64,000 bases of DNA from an uncultured Chloroflexia bacterium. Lineage in GTDB: Bacteria > Chloroflexota > Limnocylindria > Limnocylindrales > CSP1-4. The stretch lies in the NCBI GenBank assembly GCA_963813535.1, contig CAWEZH010000002.1, forward strand, positions 1,504,001 through 1,568,000. Reading direction: 5' to 3'. Made by a program: the position numbers and the translations under genes. This document shows, piece after piece, positions 59,175 through 64,000 of this stretch. Position 1 is the first letter of the stretch. Each line of letters starts with the position of its first letter. A model generated the notes under the pieces. That model did no database searches and was not told the DNA's origin. It worked only from the letters and a program-made list of their open reading frames with translations.

Positions 59175-60343
59175 GATTTCGGGACGTCCTTCTTCGGGTC
59201 GAGGAACGGGATGGCCGCGGTGCGTGCCGGCCAGCGTCCGCCGTCGGGTGCCTCGATCTCGAGGGGCGTGCCAGGCCCGGCGAGACCGATCGGCATCCAC
59301 ACGTAGCCGATGTTGCGTTGCAAACGAGGCGACCAGATCAGGTCGGTCACGGTCCCAACGTGTTCGCCGTCGTGGAATGCGCGGCACTTGCGGGACAGCT
59401 CGAAGGGCAGGGCCTCGCCGTCCATCTCGATGCCCACGAGCTTGCGATCGACGCCCGCGACGCGGATCCGCTCGAGCGCCGCCTTGCCGATGTAGTCGGC
59501 CTCCTGAGGCTCGACGAGGCGCTCCAGACCCATGACGTGGAATGGCGTGTCGGCGATCGTGATGTCCGACCCGTAGTTGAAGATGCCGGCCTCGATCCGG
59601 CGCGCCTCGCAGGGCGCGATCGGGCGGATGCCATGCGGGCGGCCGGCGTCCATGATCCGGTCCCACAGCTCGGCGCCGCGCGCCGGGTCGCGCAGGTAGA
59701 TCTCGTAGCCGACCTCGCCCGTCCAGCCGGTGCGCGAGATGACGACCGGGATACCGTCGAGCTCGGTCGTCAGCGTCCAGTAGTACTTGATGTCGAGGAT
59801 CTCGGGCCCGAACAGCGCGAGCAGCGTGTCCTTCGACTTCGGACCCTGGACCTGGACCGGGTAGACCTCCGGCTCACGGACCTTGACGTCCATGCCGCTG
59901 TGGATCGCGACGCCTCGTGCCCACAAGCCGGCATCGCTGTCGGCGAGTGCCAGCCACCAGCGGTCGGCCTCGACGCGGAGCAGCACCGGGTCGTTGACGA
60001 TGCCGCCGTCCTCGGCGGTGATCAGGACGTACTTGCCCTGGCCGACCGCACACTTCGTCAGGTCGCGGCAGGTCAGGGTGTTGACGAATGCCGAGGCATC
60101 CGGCCCGCTGATCTCGACGATCCGCTCGACCGAGACGTCCCACAGCGTCACGTCGTTGAGCAGCGCCCAATACTCCTCGATGGGGTCGGCGTAGTAACCC
60201 GGGAGGTACATGTGGTTGTAGATGTCGTAGGCGCTGCAACCCGCCTCGAGGGTCTTCTCGAAGAAGGGGGAGCGGCGATACCACGGGCCGAAGTAGAGGG
60301 TCGAGGATTCGGTCGTCGCGGGCGTCGCGAGCGGCGTGGTCAT
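59171..60343 (-). CDS. Stand-alone GcvT-fold aminomethyltransferase/THF-dependent demethylase (DmdA-like)
   Basis: YNHMYLP, LWDVSVER, GPDA, GGIVNDPV, QGPKS, SRTGWTGEVGYE and RRIEAG; GGAGG RBS. Confidence 0.9.
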   Translation of the reverse strand: MTTPLATPATTESSTLYFGPWYRRSPFFEKTLEAGCSAYDIYNHMYLPGYYADPIEEYWALLNDVTLWDVSVERIVEISGPDASAFVNTLTCRDLTKCAVGQGKYVLITAEDGGIVNDPVLLRVEADRWWLALADSDAGLWARGVAIHSGMDVKVREPEVYPVQVQGPKSKDTLLALFGPEILDIKYYWTLTTELDGIPVVISRTGWTGEVGYEIYLRDPARGAELWDRIMDAGRPHGIRPIAPCEARRIEAGIFNYGSDITIADTPFHVMGLERLVEPQEADYIGKAALERIRVAGVDRKLVGIEMDGEALPFELSRKCRAFHDGEHVGTVTDLIWSPRLQRNIGYVWMPIGLAGPGTPLEIEAPDGGRWPARTAAIPFLDPKKDVPKS

Positions 60344-60390
60344 GTGACGGGTGCCTCCCAACACGGCGGCGGACGGTCAGCCGATCGTGC

Positions 60391-60605
60391 AGCCTCCCCG
60401 TTCTATTGCCTGTCGTGTTCCGTCTGATGGCCCGCCCGGTGCGTCAGGCGCGACCGCGTGGCTGACGGGGCGCTGACGCGTGCCAGCGGGGCCGTCGGCA
60501 ACGGATCCAGGACCCTCGATAACGTCCTGGTGCCAGACGTGGCGATGCCCGGCTGGGATATCCCAACCGGGCATCTGTTCGGCCGATCTCCCCCCGGATG
60601 AGGCC
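60391..60605 (-). ncRNA. Candidate structured non-coding RNA or leader (family not recognised)
   Basis: Terminal closing helix plus at least five internal helices found by eye; starts 7 nt after a -10 box; no credible CDS. Confidence 0.6.
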
Positions 60606-60612
60606 AAAGCGA

Positions 60613-60641
60613 ACGTTACCCGGTACCTCGGTCCTATGCAA
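60613..60641 (-). promoter_or_regulatory. Sigma70-type promoter driving the structured RNA
   Basis: Minus strand TTGCAT (60641-36), 17 bp, TAACGT (60618-13). Confidence 0.65.
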
Positions 60642-60660
60642 TACCCCGGACCTTACAACT

Positions 60661-60699
60661 GGTGCGATTTCGCACCTCCCAGCGGGTTCGGTGACCCGC
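60661..60699 (-). terminator. Twin hairpins downstream of the beta-CASP gene
   Basis: GCGGGT-CACCGA-ACCCGC and GGTGCGA-AA-TCGCACC directly after the stop codon; poor U tail. Confidence 0.45.
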
Positions 60700-60706
60700 G
60701 GCGGGG

Positions 60707-62404
60707 CTAGTCGAGCGTCACCCGTTGATGCCAGTGCGGCACGTGGGTCTCGAACCCGAGCGCCCGCACCTTCGGTTCCAGGGCGACCTGCGCATCGGGG
60801 TCCCCGTGGACCAGGAAGACCCGCCTGGGGAAGCCGGGCTGGCCCGGCTGTTTTCCCTCCGCGAAGCGCCCGATCCAGTCGAGCAGCTCGTGCTCGTCGG
60901 CGTGGGCCGAGAACCCCGCGATCGAGCGGATCGTGCAGCGCACCTCGCGCGGCTGTCCGTCCAGCCGGACGGTGGTCGCCCCGGCCTGGAGGTGCGCGCC
61001 GAGCGTGCCCTCGCCCTGGTAGCCGACGAACAGGAGCGTCGCCTTCGGGTCGTCGATGAGGTTGCGCAGGTGGCCCACGACGCGGCCACCGGTGAGCATC
61101 CCGTTGGAGGCCACGATCATGTACGGCCGCGTGGCGAACTGGATCTGCTGCGACTCCTTTGGCGTGTTCGTCTCGATCTGGGCCGGGTAGTCGAGCGGCG
61201 TGTCCCCGCTCTGTAGCAATGCCGATGTCTCCTCGTCGAAGTACTGCGTATAGCGGCGGTAGATCTTCGAGGCCTTCTGCGCCATCGGCGAGTCGAGGTA
61301 GAGCGGCAGCAGCGGGATCTCGCCACGGTCGATGAGCCGGTCGAGCTCCCACACGACCTCCTGCGTGCGGCCGATCGCGAACGAGGGCACGAGCAGGACG
61401 CCCTCGGCATCGGCGACGAGCCGGACGGTCTCGGCCAGGATCCGGATCGCTTCGTGCTGCGGCTCGTGTTCGCGGCCGCCATACGTCGACTCGACGAGCA
61501 CGTAGTCCGCGGCGGTGAGGTAGGTCGGGTCACGGATGATCGGGGTGCCGGGGCGACCGAGGTCGCCCGAACAGACGATGACCCGCTCGACATCGCCGTC
61601 CCTGACACGTAACCGGATGATCGCCGAGCCCAGGATGTGCCCCGCATCGAGGAATGTCGCCCAGACGCCGGGCGCGACCTCGCGCTCCTCGTCGTACTCG
61701 ATCGGCCGGAAGTGCTCGATGGCTCGCTCCGCATCCTTGACCGTGTAGAGCGGCTCATCGAGGTCGATCTCGAGCGCGGGCGGCTGGGAGCGCAGTTCGA
61801 CTTCGGGGTCGCTCGTCGACCAGTCGTGCGGCGGCTCGGGCTCGATGCTGGTCTCGACGTGTTCGCCGCCGCCCGACACCTGCGCTGGCTCGGCCGTCAT
61901 CGCTTCCGCCGCAGCCGTCGCTGCCGCCACCGATCCGGCCGGGGCGCTCGCGGTCGCGACCGCACCCTCCTCGGACCCGCCGGCCGCGGCAAGGTCGATC
62001 GCGGCCTGGTACGCCTCGGCCTCGGCCTTGTCGTCCGCCTCGACCAGATCGGGGTGGCGCTTCTCCCAGCGGGCCTCGCGCTTCGCGAACTCCTCGTGCA
62101 GGTGACCGGAGTCGAGGAGGACGAGGGCCGCCAGCTCGACCGTCCCGGCCGTGGCATGGATCTTGCCCTGGTAGCCGGCCCTGACGAGCATCGGCAGGCG
62201 GCCGCAATGGTCGAGGTGGGCGTGGGTCAGGACGACGGCATCGAGCTCGCCCGGGTCGAACCCGAACGGCACCCGGTTGCGGACCGATTCATTCGGGCTG
62301 CCCTGGAACATCCCGCAATCGACCAGGACCTTCGAACGACCGGTCTCGAGGAGGAACTGGGAGCCCGTGACGGTCGTTGCGCCGCCGAGGAACGTGATCT
62401 GCAT
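60707..62404 (-). CDS. Metallo-beta-lactamase/beta-CASP RNA-processing nuclease
   Basis: [51 protein letters not shown] and LVHG motifs. Confidence 0.92.
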   Translation of the reverse strand: MQITFLGGATTVTGSQFLLETGRSKVLVDCGMFQGSPNESVRNRVPFGFDPGELDAVVLTHAHLDHCGRLPMLVRAGYQGKIHATAGTVELAALVLLDSGHLHEEFAKREARWEKRHPDLVEADDKAEAEAYQAAIDLAAAGGSEEGAVATASAPAGSVAAATAAAEAMTAEPAQVSGGGEHVETSIEPEPPHDWSTSDPEVELRSQPPALEIDLDEPLYTVKDAERAIEHFRPIEYDEEREVAPGVWATFLDAGHILGSAIIRLRVRDGDVERVIVCSGDLGRPGTPIIRDPTYLTAADYVLVESTYGGREHEPQHEAIRILAETVRLVADAEGVLLVPSFAIGRTQEVVWELDRLIDRGEIPLLPLYLDSPMAQKASKIYRRYTQYFDEETSALLQSGDTPLDYPAQIETNTPKESQQIQFATRPYMIVASNGMLTGGRVVGHLRNLIDDPKATLLFVGYQGEGTLGAHLQAGATTVRLDGQPREVRCTIRSIAGFSAHADEHELLDWIGRFAEGKQPGQPGFPRRVFLVHGDPDAQVALEPKVRALGFETHVPHWHQRVTLD

Positions 62405-62473
62405 GCCGGGCATGGTGACAGGCCGAGTGGCGCGTCGGACGTCGCGTCCGGCTGACCCGGCGTGCCGGGCTCG

Positions 62474-64000
62474 TTACGGAAGCAGGACGAGGGCGTCGAT
62501 GGCGATGGCCACGAACAGCAGCGACAAGTAGCTGATCGAGTACTTGTAGAGGCGGATGGCACCTTGCGTCGATGCCTCCTCCGACGAACCCCGGCGCCAC
62601 AGCGAGATCGCCTGCCAGATGAACACCGCACCGAGCCCGACCGCCGCACCGAGGTACACGAGGCCCATCCGCGCGACCGGCCAGAGCACCAGCGAGATGG
62701 CGACCATCAGGAGCGTGTACAGCGCGATCTGGCGCGTGGTCTCGGGGATCCCCCGAACGACCGGCAGCATCGGCACGCCCGGCTGCAGCGTAGTCCTTGC
62801 GGATCCGCAGCGACAGCGCCCAGAAGTGGGGCGGCGTCCAGTAGAAGACCAGCGCGAACAGGATCAGTGCCGGGATCCCGACGTCGCCGGTCACGGCCGC
62901 CCAGCCGATGACCGGCGGGAGGGCCCCTGCGGCCCCGCCGATGACGATGTTCTGCGGTGTCGAGCGCTTGAGCAGCATCGTGTAGACGACGACATAGAAC
63001 GCGATGGCCAGCAGCGTCAGGAAGGCCGCCAGCAGGTTGATCGTCCACGCCATCAACCCGAACGACAGCACGCCGAGCACGATGCCGAACACGACCGCGT
63101 TCGCGGGCTCGACCTGGTGGGCCGGCAGCGGACGGCGTCGCGTGCGCGCCATGAGCGAGTCGATGTCGCGATCGAGATAGCAGTTGATGGCGTTGGCGCT
63201 GCCCGCGGCGAGCGTTCCGCCGACCATGGTCCAGAGGACGAGCCAGCCCCATTCGCCCCAGTCGAGACCGGGCACCCAGCGCGTTGCCAGGACCATCGCC
63301 GGGACGGTCGTGACGAGGAGCAGCTCGATGATCCGTGGCTTCGTCAGCGCGACGTAGGCACGCACGCGGTCCCCGGTCGAGGGTGAGACCTGCGGGGGCG
63401 AGCCGGTCGGCGCTTCGTCGCCGCTCCCGGCCGGCACCGAGCGCGCCGCGTAGTAGCTCGTGACGCTCAGTCCGACGAGCATCGCGAAGGTCACCGCCCC
63501 GAGGGAGAGGTGGAGCGTCTGGGTCCAGGCCGACAGACTGGTCAGGACCTGGAGCCCGCCGACGACGACCTGGATGGCGAAGAGGGCGGCCGCGCCGACC
63601 GCCAGTCGCACGATGACAGGCTGATCGCGCTGCGTGCGCCACGCGACGATGGCCACTCCCGCGACGATCGCACCGACCAGCGCCGCGACCCAGCGATGCA
63701 GCACATGCGCGGCGGTCAGCTCGGTGAGTGCCGGGACGAGCGACCCGTTCATGAGCGGCCAGTCAGGGAAGACGAGCGCGGAGTCGGTCGCGGTGACATT
63801 CGATCCGAAGAGCAGCAACGCGAACGTGGCAAGGGTCGCGAACGCGGCCAGCAGGGTGAACCGCTGGTTCGCGCCGGACCCGCCGAGGCGAGCCGGGTAC
63901 CCGGCACGGACGGTCACATACACCAGCAGTGCGACGAGCAGCATCGCCGCGGCGAGGTGGGCGGTCACCAATTCGCCGCTGTTCCCGAGCCTGACGGTCT
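62474..64000 (-). CDS. ctaB: Heme A synthase-like (CtaA/COX15) domain fused to heme O synthase (5' end outside window; apparent frameshift near 62779)
   Basis: [31 protein letters not shown] and WTPPHFWAL; upstream in the same frame VTAHL, FPDWPL, HVLHR and QTLHL are CtaA-type His motifs. Confidence 0.88.

Noticed and set aside
60391-60605. Glycine, SAM-I, c-di-AMP or T-box riboswitch assignment
   Set aside because: Only fragments resemble them (GGAGA..GCCGAA, CUCAUCC, CCCGUCAGC). The required cores (CUCUCAGG, GCAACC..GUGC, GCUGAAUCC, UGGNACC) are absent.

Overview
A high-GC (about 70% by eye) bacterial chromosome segment with dense, mostly housekeeping content. The gene set suggests Chloroflexota, possibly Limnocylindria-like; this is inference from the Cys/His-LysM protein, the CtaA-CtaB fusion, an LPPTDT-tailed surface protein and the GH57/GH13 glucan cluster. 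Contents: an ABC-2 exporter, a GAF-GAF-GGDEF cyclase, a Ser/Thr kinase, several transporters, tRNA-Gly(TCC) with a 2.3-kb decayed island at its 3' end, an alpha-glucan cluster (glgA, glgP, two GH57, GntR, large GH13), a proline-racemase-family gene, a lysA-like gene, Ni-SOD sodN/sodX, two LLM/F420-type oxidoreductases, MarR-MFS, xth, a potABCD-like importer, a Rieske oxygenase plus GcvT-like demethylase pair, a beta-CASP nuclease and the ctaA-ctaB fusion. Best leads: (1) a ~215-nt highly structured non-coding RNA with its own sigma70-type promoter upstream of the demethylase operon, whose 5' end can pair either with its own 3' end or with the downstream Shine-Dalgarno (candidate new riboswitch or 6S/Ms1-like RNA); (2) the integrase-less tRNA island with a truncated McrC-like gene and a surface protein carrying a variant LPxTD sorting signal; (3) a 72-bp palindromic tandem array; (4) widespread leaderless gene starts; (5) a lysA-like gene that appears to need a CTG start. 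About ten single-base frameshifts in otherwise intact genes most likely reflect assembly error. All calls are by eye; no database searches or folding programs were run.
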